From: Tepidisphaera sp.
Lineage (GTDB): Bacteria; Planctomycetota; Phycisphaerae; Phycisphaerales; UBA1924
Direction of reading: 5' to 3'
DNA length: 64,000 nt
NCBI GenBank assembly: GCA_050916045.1
Contig: CP051526.1
Coordinates: 704,001 to 768,000, forward strand
In this document: in pieces, positions 12,365 to 23,324 of the stretch
Position numbering within the stretch: position 1 is the first letter of the stretch
How the letters are laid out: the number at the start of each line of letters is the position of its first letter
Program-made: the position numbers and the translations under genes
Notes under the pieces: generated by a model
The model's input: only the letters and a program-made list of their open reading frames with translations
Database searches by the model: none
Told to the model about the DNA's origin: nothing

Positions 12365-13120
12365 ATGAAAGTGGCATTCTCTCTTTCGCCGGGTGTGGTT
12401 GCGAGTTCAACGATCATCGCTGCCGGAGTGATGAGTGCCTTCGTGGCACCCTCTTCGCAGGCTGGAATCGTTGTCGAGAACGTTCATCGGTCGGGCCGGT
12501 GGCTCGTTGAGACGGTTGCACATGTTACCCCTTACCTGAGGAGTGAGGACGGGTTTGACACGACCTCGACGTTTGACACCGGCCGCTACGACAACTGGAA
12601 GCAGTCCTATTTCGCTGGGTTCGCGGGTATTCCGGTTGTCTACACAAATCCTCCTGATGGACATCTGCACTATGGGTTGGCTGGAGGCTATGCCACTTCG
12701 GTTCCGTATCACGAAGTGATGGGATCGTACATCAACGGCGAGACTCTGATGTACAGCGTCGGCGGCGAAGCAAACGTCGTGGATTGGACTGGGGCTTCGG
12801 TACGGGGCGTTCTCGATGCCACGTTCGTGATTAACGGGCCGTCGGAGTTTGACTTTCATTCTTGGGGTGACGGAGCTGCTTCGGTCTTTCTGTGGAACGA
12901 CTCAGGGGATGTTCTCTTGGGTGACTCCGGGACCTTCGCTCACCGAGGAACTCTGGGTCCTGGGAGATACCGGGTCTTGGCAAACTATGACCTCGAGAAT
13001 GGGAGTTCAAACTCCGACAAACGGGGTGGAATTTGGGTGTCGATCCCCACGCCCGGGTCTCTCGCGATGATGGGGCTAGGCGGGCTTCTTGCCTTGCCGC
13101 GTCGTCGTGGCAATGCTTGA
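12365..13120 (+). CDS. PEP-CTERM-type surface protein (IPTPG variant)
   Basis: Signal peptide ending SQA; C-terminus IPTPGSLAMMGLGGLLALPRRR; visibly more AT-rich than flanks. Confidence 0.8.
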   Translation: MKVAFSLSPGVVASSTIIAAGVMSAFVAPSSQAGIVVENVHRSGRWLVETVAHVTPYLRSEDGFDTTSTFDTGRYDNWKQSYFAGFAGIPVVYTNPPDGHLHYGLAGGYATSVPYHEVMGSYINGETLMYSVGGEANVVDWTGASVRGVLDATFVINGPSEFDFHSWGDGAASVFLWNDSGDVLLGDSGTFAHRGTLGPGRYRVLANYDLENGSSNSDKRGGIWVSIPTPGSLAMMGLGGLLALPRRRGNA

Positions 13121-13209
13121 CTTCTTCGCACCAGACTTCCTCGACATTGGCTTTGTGAAACACAGAGTGAATCATCGTGATTCGGTAACCACTTCTTGCA
13201 AAGGACCCC

Positions 13210-13737
13210 ATGCTCCACGAATTCTCCGGCGACATTCTTCTCTCCTCGGCCGCGGTGATCGCGCACGGCGTTGCGCCGAACGATCCGTTCCATTCCGGGC
13301 TCGCGCTTCAGCTTCGCGAGCGGTTCCCGGCGATGTACAAGGATTTCAGGCACTATTGCCAGACGGCGCACCCGAAGCCAGGCGAGATATGGGCGTGGGC
13401 GGGCGCTGGTCCCGACGGTCCGGTGCGCATCGTCGCGCTCATGACGCAGGAGGGCGGCTATGAGCACGGGGCCAAGCCCAAGCCCGCGTCGGTGTCGCAC
13501 GTGGGGCATGCTCTCAAAGCGTTCCGGAAGTGGATCGACGACGAGAAGCCCGCGAGCGTCGCGATTCCGAAGCTTGCGACCGGTGTCGGCGGGCTTGAGT
13601 GGGAGCAGGTGCACCCGCTGATCAAGCAGCATCTGGCCGGGAGTGTTCCGGTGTATCTGTACTCGACGTACCACAAGGGCGTGAAAGCGGCGGAGCCCGG
13701 GCCGCGCGTGGTTCGTGAAGTCACGCCGCACCACTGA
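13210..13737 (+). CDS. Stand-alone macro domain protein (TARG1/DarG/Poa1p-like)
   Basis: GDIL..IAHGV, GLALQLRERFP.MY..F, SVAIPKLATGVGGLEWEQV. Confidence 0.82.
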   Translation: MLHEFSGDILLSSAAVIAHGVAPNDPFHSGLALQLRERFPAMYKDFRHYCQTAHPKPGEIWAWAGAGPDGPVRIVALMTQEGGYEHGAKPKPASVSHVGHALKAFRKWIDDEKPASVAIPKLATGVGGLEWEQVHPLIKQHLAGSVPVYLYSTYHKGVKAAEPGPRVVREVTPHH

Positions 13738-13770
13738 TCGCTTCGCCCACGCGACGAAACGAATTCTCTG

Positions 13771-13800
13771 GCAGAGCCCGCGATCGCGGGCTCTGCTTTC
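13771..13800 (+). terminator. Intrinsic terminator after macro-domain gene
   Basis: gcagagcccgcg-at-cgcgggctctgc stem followed by ttt. Confidence 0.65.
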
Positions 13801-14005
13801 GATTGGCGACAGCGTGAAGTGGGTTGGACTCGGTCCGAGAATCGGGCATCGGTCCCTGTCAGGGGTCGTCATCCTCCCAGACCGACTCGGAGGCAGTGCG
13901 GGATGCGGATGTGGGTGGCCGGGTTCGTGCGCGAATGCGACGGTTGGTTTGGTGTTTCGCCGGGACCTTGTGCGGGGCTTGGCGAACACCCGGGGATGCA
14001 CACAC

Positions 14006-14572
14006 ATGACCAGCCGCTCACTGACCAGGTTCGCCTGTCTCGCCGTAGCTTCGGTCGGCGCTTCCGCGCATGCGCAGTCGCAGGACTTCATCTTTGATTT
14101 CCGGAGCGACATGGTGTGTGCGACGGGCAGGATCTCGGGGCTGATGAACAGCGATGGTTGGGTGTCGATTCTGGACGGCGAGCTTGAGGTGATCGCGGGC
14201 GCGCATGCGGGCAGGTATGACCTGATCGACAATCCCGGTGGAACGTCGGCGTCGATCAGCCCGGCCGGATACTTCATCTATGACAATCAGCTTGCCCCGG
14301 GCGAGCCGTCCTCGCTGAACACGTACGGGCTGCTTTTCGGCGCAGGCGGGACGGAGATCAACATCTGGGGCAACGGCGCGAATAACCCGTACACGTTCTA
14401 TGCGCGGAACGGGTCGGCGATCCTGTCGAGTGACGGCGGCTTTACGATCGCATCGATCCCGGAACCGGCGGGCGTGGAGCTCGCCGGGCTGGGACTGGGC
14501 GCTGCTTGTGCGGTTCGTCGTCGCGTGTCGCGTCAGCAACCGCGTTCGAAGAGCTCGACGTACGCGTCGTAG
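14006..14572 (+). CDS. PEP-CTERM surface protein
   Basis: Signal peptide ending AHA; IPEPAGVELAGLGLGAACAVRRR. Confidence 0.8.
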   Translation: MTSRSLTRFACLAVASVGASAHAQSQDFIFDFRSDMVCATGRISGLMNSDGWVSILDGELEVIAGAHAGRYDLIDNPGGTSASISPAGYFIYDNQLAPGEPSSLNTYGLLFGAGGTEINIWGNGANNPYTFYARNGSAILSSDGGFTIASIPEPAGVELAGLGLGAACAVRRRVSRQQPRSKSSTYAS

Positions 14573-15381
14573 TCGAAGAAGTCGGCGAAGCCGTCGCCGT
14601 TCACGTCGGCTGTCCGGCCCTCGCCGCAGAGGCCGGTTTCAAAGCACGTGACGAAGTCGTCGTAGTCGAAGAAATCGACGAAGCCGTCGCTATTGAAGTC
14701 CGCTTGGCAGGCGTTGCCGCCGAGAACGATCCGGAAGTCCAGTTGAGCGTCGGCGAACGACTGGTCGCCGATGGTGTCGAGATCGTTGTGGTGCGCGAGA
14801 GCGAGGACGTCGTACTCGCCCGGGGGAACGACGCGCGACCAGGTCTGCGTGCTCCAGGCCGCTCGGAGTCCGGGCTCGGTGGTTCGAGCGCCGTCGCGGA
14901 GGATGTCGAAAACGGGGATCGTCGTCGCGAGATCGACCAGAGCGAAGGTGAGATTGCCCGAGGTCGTCGCGGATGAGCCGATCGGACGGGCCGCCGCGGA
15001 GAACTCGATCGTGACGAGTGTCGGCTCAGTGAAGCGGAGACGCACATCCAGGCGTTCGAGGCCGGTGTCGATCTCCGCGAACATCGCGCTGCGGTAAAGA
15101 CCGGTGAAGCCGCCGCGGATGAGCTGGGTCGTGACTTCGACGTCGTGCTGGGCTCCGCGCGGGAGGGTGACCTCCCACAAGCCAGGGCCGACGAAGGTCG
15201 CTTCATCGACCCAGTCACCGAGGCCGCGGTCCAGATATGGGAAGCTGTCGCGGGTCCACTGCAAGAAGCTGTAGCGGGAGAGGAGCTCAACATCGGCGTG
15301 TGCGGAGCACGCGCCGGCCAAGGTGGACATGGCTCCAAGCAACAAACGAGACTTGCACAGAATCTGGGCGATGCTATTCAT
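14533..15381 (-). CDS. Secreted protein with C-terminal GC-type dockerin domain
   Basis: Signal peptide ending AHA; tail CQADFNSDGFVDFFDYDDFV...ADVNGDGFADFFDYDAYVELFERGC*. Confidence 0.85.
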   Translation of the reverse strand: MNSIAQILCKSRLLLGAMSTLAGACSAHADVELLSRYSFLQWTRDSFPYLDRGLGDWVDEATFVGPGLWEVTLPRGAQHDVEVTTQLIRGGFTGLYRSAMFAEIDTGLERLDVRLRFTEPTLVTIEFSAAARPIGSSATTSGNLTFALVDLATTIPVFDILRDGARTTEPGLRAAWSTQTWSRVVPPGEYDVLALAHHNDLDTIGDQSFADAQLDFRIVLGGNACQADFNSDGFVDFFDYDDFVTCFETGLCGEGRTADVNGDGFADFFDYDAYVELFERGC

Positions 15382-15564
15382 CTCGACCTCCCTCGGATTC
15401 GACTTGGAACAAGATTATAAGCGAGGGACGTCTGCTGCGCCAAGGGTTTGTGAATCAATCCGAGGGAGCCGGTGTGTGCGGGTGCTCAGCTTGGAGAACT
15501 TCCCAGATTCACCTTTCCCGGCGGTGGGATGGCCGGCCGGAAGTCACGGGGTCGTAAGGTGGGT

Positions 15565-16551
15565 ATGCTGCGGGCGATGCTGAACCTCTGTCGCTTTTAC
15601 GGGATTGGTGTGCTTCTCACGGTGCTGGGGCTTGTGGCGTGTTCGTCGCCATCGCCCAACGCTCCGGGGGCGGCTCGCGAGCCCGGGGTGGTCCGCGTGA
15701 TGTCGTTCAACATCCGGTACGGGACGGCTTCGGACGGGGACCACGCTTGGCCGAAGCGCAGGGGTCTGGTTCTGGGTTTGGTCAACGAGAAGCCATACGA
15801 CATCATCGGGGTGCAGGAGGCGCTGCGGTTCCAGATTGATGAGATTCTGGCTTCCAATCCGGATCTGGCGAGCGTCGGGGTCGGGCGGGATGATGGGAAG
15901 GAGAAGGGGGAGCATTCGTCGATTCTGTATCGCAAGAGCCGGTTGACGCCGGATGCGGCGAATCAGGGGACGGTCTGGCTTTCGGATACGCCGGGCGTTT
16001 CCGGGTCGAAGCACTGGGGGAACGGGATCACGCGGGTCTTCACGTTCGCGCGGTTCACGTACGAGGGGGGTGCTTTCTGGGTGTACAACACGCACTTTGA
16101 TCATCAGAGCGAGCCTTCGCGGCAGCGGTCGGCGGAGGCGATCGCAGCGCACATGGCCAGACACACGGGGCGGGAGCGTGTGCTCGTCACCGGGGATTTC
16201 AATTGCGATGAGCGGAGCCGGGCGATCAGGTACCTCAAGGGTGAGGTTGCGGTCGCGTGGGAGAACGCGATGAACACGACGCCTCCGCCCTCGCCGAAGC
16301 TTGTCGACACGTTCCGGGTGCTTTATCCCGACGAGCGTGCGGTCTCGACGTTCCAGGGGTTTGGCGCGAAGGTCGAGCCGGGTGTGGGTGTCGGAGCGTG
16401 GGGGGAGAAGATCGACTATGTCTTCATGGGCGCGGGGGAGCGCGGCTGGCCGCGGGTTTTGGAAGCGGCGATCGACACGCGGACGTTCGGGCCCGGGCCG
16501 ACGAAGTATCCGAGCGACCATTGGGCCGTGACGGCGACGCTGAGCGAGTGA
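15565..16551 (+). CDS. Endonuclease/exonuclease/phosphatase family lipoprotein
   Basis: LVAC lipobox; VMSFNIRY, DIIGVQE, YNTHFDH, TGDFN, KIDYVF, YPSDHWAV; start could be 15577. Confidence 0.88.
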   Translation: MLRAMLNLCRFYGIGVLLTVLGLVACSSPSPNAPGAAREPGVVRVMSFNIRYGTASDGDHAWPKRRGLVLGLVNEKPYDIIGVQEALRFQIDEILASNPDLASVGVGRDDGKEKGEHSSILYRKSRLTPDAANQGTVWLSDTPGVSGSKHWGNGITRVFTFARFTYEGGAFWVYNTHFDHQSEPSRQRSAEAIAAHMARHTGRERVLVTGDFNCDERSRAIRYLKGEVAVAWENAMNTTPPPSPKLVDTFRVLYPDERAVSTFQGFGAKVEPGVGVGAWGEKIDYVFMGAGERGWPRVLEAAIDTRTFGPGPTKYPSDHWAVTATLSE

Positions 16552-16729
16552 GACCGGCTTGGCCAAGGGGAAAGCCCCGGTTCACGGGCCGGGTGTGAGG
16601 TGGTTGGTGGGGGGGCAGAAGCCGTCGCTGCTGAAGTCCGCGCTCTGGCCGGCCGGGCATGGCTCTGGTGCGATCCTTCTCATCCCGGGACCATGCCGGG
16701 GTTGGGTTGGGGCCCGCATAAGTCTGGTC

Positions 16730-16924
16730 ATGGACCGAACACTTCGCCTCGTGATCACGATCTTTCTTGTGCTTCTTCTGATCGGCATGATGCCGGTCTG
16801 GCCGTATGCGAGCGGCTGGCGGTTTGGGTGGTATCCCACCGGCGGGCTCGCGCTTGTGCTCATCGTCATCGTCGTGATCGGGCTGATGGGCGCGGACCGC
16901 CCGGGCTCGCGGCCGCGGCTTTGA
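16730..16924 (+). CDS. DUF3309-like small membrane protein
   Basis: LLLIG.MP.WPY..GW..G.YP.GGL pattern with two hydrophobic segments. Confidence 0.75.
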   Translation: MDRTLRLVITIFLVLLLIGMMPVWPYASGWRFGWYPTGGLALVLIVIVVIGLMGADRPGSRPRL

Positions 16925-16951
16925 TGGGCGTGGGTGGTGCGGCGAGCGGCT

Positions 16952-17227
16952 TCAAGGGGCCGGTCGCCGGCTGAACTCGGCCCAGAACTCCGCCGAAGGT
17001 TGGACGACCCGCACGTCGAAATCGACGAGGTCGGCCCAGCGGTCGATCCAAGGTTGCAGGGCTTCGCGGCTCGGCGCTTCCATGAGCTGGAAGCACCGCG
17101 AGCCGTCGGGCTCGACCCAACTGGCGACGTACGAGATGTTGTCGGGCATCATGCGACCGGAGGCGCGGAACCGCTCGCCGACCGCGGCCGGCCCGGCTTT
17201 CATCGTTTCGATGACCATGTAGAGCAT
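16952..17227 (-). CDS. DUF3303-like protein
   Basis: MLYMVIE..ERF...GRMMP..YVASWV..RCFQLME..W.DLVDF. Confidence 0.75.
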   Translation of the reverse strand: MLYMVIETMKAGPAAVGERFRASGRMMPDNISYVASWVEPDGSRCFQLMEAPSREALQPWIDRWADLVDFDVRVVQPSAEFWAEFSRRPAP

Positions 17228-17446
17228 GGGCGGGGTACGTCGGTGGTGGGGGCGGGGTTCGAGGATGGTGGGTTGTGCGACCTCGGGAATACCACGAAAG
17301 GTGGGACTCCTAGCCGTCGATCGTCGATCTGGCCGCCTGAGCGTCACGCGCTGGTTCAAGCCGTGAGTCGCTGTCGCACGCCCCAGAACGCCCGCCTGAA
17401 GCATAGCGATTTCCGCCCACGATCGGCGGGAACTCGGATGCGTCGA

Positions 17447-18484
17447 TCACTTCTTCTCGCCGTGCCCATGCTCGAGATGCTCTTTGAGGAAATCGCGGCC
17501 GAAGTCGCGTTCGCGATCGCGCCAGACGGTGTGGACGTGGTTGGCGTTGTTCTGCGTGTTGTCGTACTCGATTACGAAGGTGGGGCCGCTGAGGCGGTAG
17601 TAGTGTCCCTCGCCAAGCCGTTCGGAGCCGATCCAGGCGAAGCGAACCTTGTCGATGCCGGCTTTGTTGATCCGATCGAGCTCGTGCGTCGCGAGATCGT
17701 GCTTGAGGTTGCCCGCGAACTCGCTGAGCAGGCGGTGCACGAGCGTGCGCTGCGCGGCGTCCATCGAGGAGACGGGAAGGCCGGTGGTGGTGATCTCGTC
17801 CAAGCCGCGGCCTGGAACGGCGAGAATGTCGCCCGGGACGGTGTCGCTGAGGATGGCTTCCTTCCGCTGCTCGGGCGTGAGCGAAGCGAGCAGTTCGCGG
17901 GCGAGGTCTTCCTCCGCGGCGAGCACACGGACACCGGCACGCGGGCCTTGCTTGACCTCACCGGGGTTCGCTCCGAGGAACGCGGGCGTGACAGCGGTGG
18001 CTTCGCCCGAGCCGGTGAAATTGAGGGAGATGTGATGGCCTTCGAGCTTCCACCCCCAAGGGCCAGCCCCGGGCGAGCCGAAGATGGCGATGGAGTACGC
18101 GAGAGGATCCCGGCGGGGTCCTTTGCCCTTTTCCATGTCGAGGAGGACCGAATCAAGGAGCATGATCTCCTCGACCTTGTTCATGCCTTGCGAGGAGAGA
18201 GCGGCCCGCAGGAGACGCCGGGCGGCGAGCTTTTGATCGTCGTTGAGCTCGCTGAACTCGACGCCGGCGCGGTCGCGGGGAATGTAATGCCAGTCGAGGC
18301 GGGCTTTGTCGTCGAAGGGGAGGGCGGCTTTGGTGCGAAGCGGCGCGGTGAGCGAGGCCAGAAAGTCCGTGGCGGCCGAGGCCATGGGGTTCTTGGGTGC
18401 GGGGCGGGCGATCCATCCGGCCGCGGCGATCGCGGTGACAGTGAAGAGCAAGGGCATGAGCCAGCGGCGGGACGGATTGGGCAT
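17447..18484 (-). CDS. DUF3500-like secreted protein
   Basis: WHYIPR, FG.PG..PWGWKLEGHHISLNF, TP.FLGANP, YYRLSGPTFVIEYDN...NHVHTVWRD..DFG. Confidence 0.85.
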   Translation of the reverse strand: MPNPSRRWLMPLLFTVTAIAAAGWIARPAPKNPMASAATDFLASLTAPLRTKAALPFDDKARLDWHYIPRDRAGVEFSELNDDQKLAARRLLRAALSSQGMNKVEEIMLLDSVLLDMEKGKGPRRDPLAYSIAIFGSPGAGPWGWKLEGHHISLNFTGSGEATAVTPAFLGANPGEVKQGPRAGVRVLAAEEDLARELLASLTPEQRKEAILSDTVPGDILAVPGRGLDEITTTGLPVSSMDAAQRTLVHRLLSEFAGNLKHDLATHELDRINKAGIDKVRFAWIGSERLGEGHYYRLSGPTFVIEYDNTQNNANHVHTVWRDRERDFGRDFLKEHLEHGHGEKK

Positions 18485-18580
18485 GGCAATTCTCCGCGGA
18501 GTCGAGGTGAAAGCGAGTGGTGAAAGCGGCTTCGGTGACACCGAAACGGCGGGGCTCGGAACCGTACGCGGGCACTTGAT

Positions 18581-19078
18581 TTACGATTTTCCTGTCAGTT
18601 CGATCCGCAGGGTCCCACTCGTGCATTTCGGGCATGGGGCCTTCGGTCGTTTCGAACGCCGGAGTCCCAAGACAATCAAAGGGGCGAGAAGGCAGCCATC
18701 GCGATCGTTCGGATCAAACAACCGGTGCTGCCCGCACGCTTTGCATAGGTGCAGGGCGGCGGTGGTTCGGTTGATGCTGGGGCCCCGCCGGGGAGGACCG
18801 CGTTCCGGCGGAGAGGCGAGTTTGGTCAGGTCCCGGTCGCAGTAGTAGTCCAGATGTCCGCACGCCAAGCAAAGAAGGGGGTGGCGACAGATCATTCGGC
18901 CCGCTCGTTCAAGTTCGGACAGTGTCTTGCCCGTGGCTCCTTCCGCCGTCCTGACTTCGCGAGGGTGCGGGCAGTTGAGTTCGGACCCGTCGTCCAAGAC
19001 GACCAAAACGATCGACTCGACAAAGTCCTCGGTCGCGAAGTCGCACTGGTTACACGAGACTTTCTCGATCGACGGCAT
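18581..19078 (-). CDS. Hypothetical multi-CxxC zinc-binding protein
   Basis: CNQC, CPHP, CLAC, CKAC, CPKC; RBS GGAG before ATG. Confidence 0.65.
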   Translation of the reverse strand: MPSIEKVSCNQCDFATEDFVESIVLVVLDDGSELNCPHPREVRTAEGATGKTLSELERAGRMICRHPLLCLACGHLDYYCDRDLTKLASPPERGPPRRGPSINRTTAALHLCKACGQHRLFDPNDRDGCLLAPLIVLGLRRSKRPKAPCPKCTSGTLRIELTGKS

Positions 19079-19156
19079 CGTGCTCCGTTCTTCTTGGCGG
19101 CGTGTGGCATGCTTCGGGCTTTGCAGAAGCATGTGAACCTTGGACGGTTGGTCCGC

Positions 19157-19346
19157 GACGCCGCAGGGGTCATCGACCATAGCCGGGGGCAACGCCCCCG
19201 GTTCCACGCCGCGATGACACGCGACGCTGCAAGGGTCGGATGGATGTCGAAGACACGACGCGATCGCACCCCTGCAGGGTGCGGGGCGATTGTCGCGTTC
19301 ACCGGGGGCGTTGCCCCCGGCTCCTTTCGATCAGCCCTGCGGGCTG
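19157..19346. repeat. REPIN-like inverted pair of family A palindromes with central hairpin
   Basis: gacgccgcaggggtc..tagccgggggcaacgcccccgg (19157-19201) and ccgggggcgttgcccccggct..cagccctgcgggctg (19302-19346); hairpin cgcacccctgcagggtgcg at 19265-19283. Confidence 0.75.
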
Positions 19347-19353
19347 AAGAGCC

Positions 19354-19471
19354 GTGCCACCGATCGTGGCTCTGCACGATCGGTGCTCTTCGCGACACCC
19401 AACGCTCGCCCGGCCCTGCACCGATCGCTCCAAGCAGCGATCGGTGGCACGAGTCTGCGATCGGTGGCACC
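19354..19471. repeat. REPIN-like inverted pair of family B palindromes
   Basis: gtgccaccgatcg..cgatcggtgc (19354-19386), gcaccgatcg..cgatcggtggcac (19418-19450), extra half-site cgatcggtggcac (19458-19470). Confidence 0.7.
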
Positions 19472-19644
19472 CGCCGGCGTGGGGGCGTGGCCTCGAAGTT
19501 AGCCGAGTGGTAACGACCTCGAGGGTGGGGTACTCGCAGCGGAGGAAGAATCGAAACTGAAGCGAGTCTCGGTCCGCCTGTCTGTCCGCAGATAGAGATG
19601 TGTATAGACTTCCATGGCAGAGTTAGTATAGTACAGGAGAACAC

Positions 19645-20571
19645 ATGTCAAATAAATGGATTCGGTCCGTGACAAAGATTCTGGGATGTATTGTTGTACT
19701 GATCGCGGTGTTTAAATTTGCACAAAGAATGCTGGCCGGCGATGCCTTACACGCTGCGATGACCAACTCGATCATCGAGAAATCAATGAGCGTGAGTTTC
19801 TGGATGTGTGTTGAGGCTGCGGCAATCTGGTGGATCATCGGTGAAGTGCTGATCAAGGTGCGACACAAGACTACAACCCAGTGCGGTTCGTTTGAGGGGC
19901 AGGGTGGTGACATGCCCTGGCGTGGCGCGGGTTCTGGCGTTGCGTGGATATCTGCTGCACTCTGCGGTTTCCTCGTCGTGTTGCTAATTCTGTCTGCGGG
20001 CTCGCAGAATCATGGCTTGTTCTGGGCGAGGGGCCATGACTATTGGATGAGTCAGCCTGCGAATTTTCGCGAAGGGCTGCGCGGTAAAGTGTGGTTTATC
20101 ATCAATTGTATTGAGGCGGCCATGATCCTGATTGTAGCGGCAAGTATCTACATGGTCATCCCCCATCTTCACGAAATCGCGGTCACGATGTTGAAAAGAA
20201 TGAGTGGCGCCGCTGACGCCGATAGAGTGTTTTGCAAAGAGCGAGAATCATGGGCGCTATGGTCGGTAATGGGCACGATCGGCTTGCCGGTCGTTGTGAT
20301 GTCACTTTACTATGTATTATGGCACAACATGCCCGACCTCTCGATCGTCAAGCAGCCTGCGAGCACTGCACAAGAGCAAGCCGAGAAGATGTTCAGCCGC
20401 ACAAAGAACCTGCCTGCAATCGGATCTATGATCGGATACAGTATGCCGTTGTTTGTAGCTTCGTGCTGGTTCGCGATAAAGCTATACATTGCCGGGATTC
20501 TGGCTCCCGGCAACTTCGTATTGAACCTGCTCGGTGTAAAGCCGCCTCCGATCCACTCGAGGCGGGAGTAG
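19645..20571 (+). CDS. Hypothetical multi-pass membrane protein, lower GC
   Basis: 308-aa ORF with RBS AGGAG, several hydrophobic helices, many A/T-ending codons. Confidence 0.65.
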   Translation: MSNKWIRSVTKILGCIVVLIAVFKFAQRMLAGDALHAAMTNSIIEKSMSVSFWMCVEAAAIWWIIGEVLIKVRHKTTTQCGSFEGQGGDMPWRGAGSGVAWISAALCGFLVVLLILSAGSQNHGLFWARGHDYWMSQPANFREGLRGKVWFIINCIEAAMILIVAASIYMVIPHLHEIAVTMLKRMSGAADADRVFCKERESWALWSVMGTIGLPVVVMSLYYVLWHNMPDLSIVKQPASTAQEQAEKMFSRTKNLPAIGSMIGYSMPLFVASCWFAIKLYIAGILAPGNFVLNLLGVKPPPIHSRRE

Positions 20572-20640
20572 TGACATGGTTAGGTAACGAAAAGAATACT
20601 TCTAGGCGTCTTTGGGCTCACTGTTGTGAAATGCACTGTC

Positions 20641-22485
<1,845 letters not shown>

Positions 22486-22529
22486 GTTCGGAGTCCTTTC
22501 GTAAGCGGGCGGAGTATAGGAGTTGGTGG

Positions 22530-22580
22530 CCCGGTTCCGCGAACCGGGTGCATTTCAGAGCCCGCCGCGCCAGCAAGGGG
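22530..22580 (+). repeat. Hairpin plus REP-like family C element upstream of aspS
   Basis: cccggttccgcgaaccggg hairpin; gagcccgccgcgccagcaagggg (22558-22580) matches 50266-50292 and 51317-51342. Confidence 0.55.
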
Positions 22581-22625
22581 GAATCGGGAAGGGTCGTCCG
22601 ATCTGGATCGGGCCGACACGGCCGC

Positions 22626-23324
22626 TTAGGTCTGGGCCTCTCGCCCGCATTCCGTGCACACCGCCGACGTTCCGCGGGGGTATGTGCAGGCTTCGCAAAG
22701 CCCTCGGCGACGCCTGCTCGCCCGGACGGCCGGCCCGACCATCCAGAATCCCACCGCGATGAGTGAGCCGTAGAAAGTCGAGTTGAGAGCAAGACCGGGC
22801 CACCGGGGGTGGAGGGGGAGCCGCACGGGTTGGGTCGCGAGCGGGTTGAGCGGAGAGGGCAAGTCCCACACGTGCCATCCGCCGTACCACTTCGGGAAGT
22901 GGCCCGGGAACGCGATGGGGAACGGGCTAACGAATGAGCTGGGCGACTGCCAGGTACCGAGCTGCATGAACTTGTACCGAACCGTCGAGGCGGCGGGCCA
23001 GCCAAGCGCGGTCTCATCGACCTGGGTCAGCATGCCGCCGGATGAGGTCGAATAGGTCCGTGTGTACGCTCCGACGGAGTGCTTGGATGTGGTGACCCAT
23101 TCGACGCGCTCGGGGACATACTCGGGCGCGATCGAGCCGGGCCAGCTCGAAATCGGCAGGGGCCAAGCGGCATCACTGCTTTCGTCCGTGGTTTCGACAC
23201 GAATTTCGTCCTGCCACCACTGCGAACCGAGGCGATAGGCGAACCACCACGCGACGCCGTAGCTGATCACGGCGCCCGCGAGCAGGCAGAGGCCGATGCG
23301 GGGGATGTGGCGAGCGAGGGTCAT
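22626..23324 (-). CDS. Two-TM membrane protein with C-terminal Zn ribbon (array copy 4)
   Basis: WP..WP, GWP, WYGGW, LPLHPRWPGLALN, RRRRGLCEACTYP..CTECG; ATGA overlap. Confidence 0.8.
   Translation of the reverse strand: MTLARHIPRIGLCLLAGAVISYGVAWWFAYRLGSQWWQDEIRVETTDESSDAAWPLPISSWPGSIAPEYVPERVEWVTTSKHSVGAYTRTYSTSSGGMLTQVDETALGWPAASTVRYKFMQLGTWQSPSSFVSPFPIAFPGHFPKWYGGWHVWDLPSPLNPLATQPVRLPLHPRWPGLALNSTFYGSLIAVGFWMVGPAVRASRRRRGLCEACTYPRGTSAVCTECGREAQT

Noticed and set aside
17270..17405. Sequence reminiscent of a ZTP (pfl) riboswitch (cgcccgcctga)
   Set aside because: The 5' consensus is missing and the orientation is opposite to the flanking genes.
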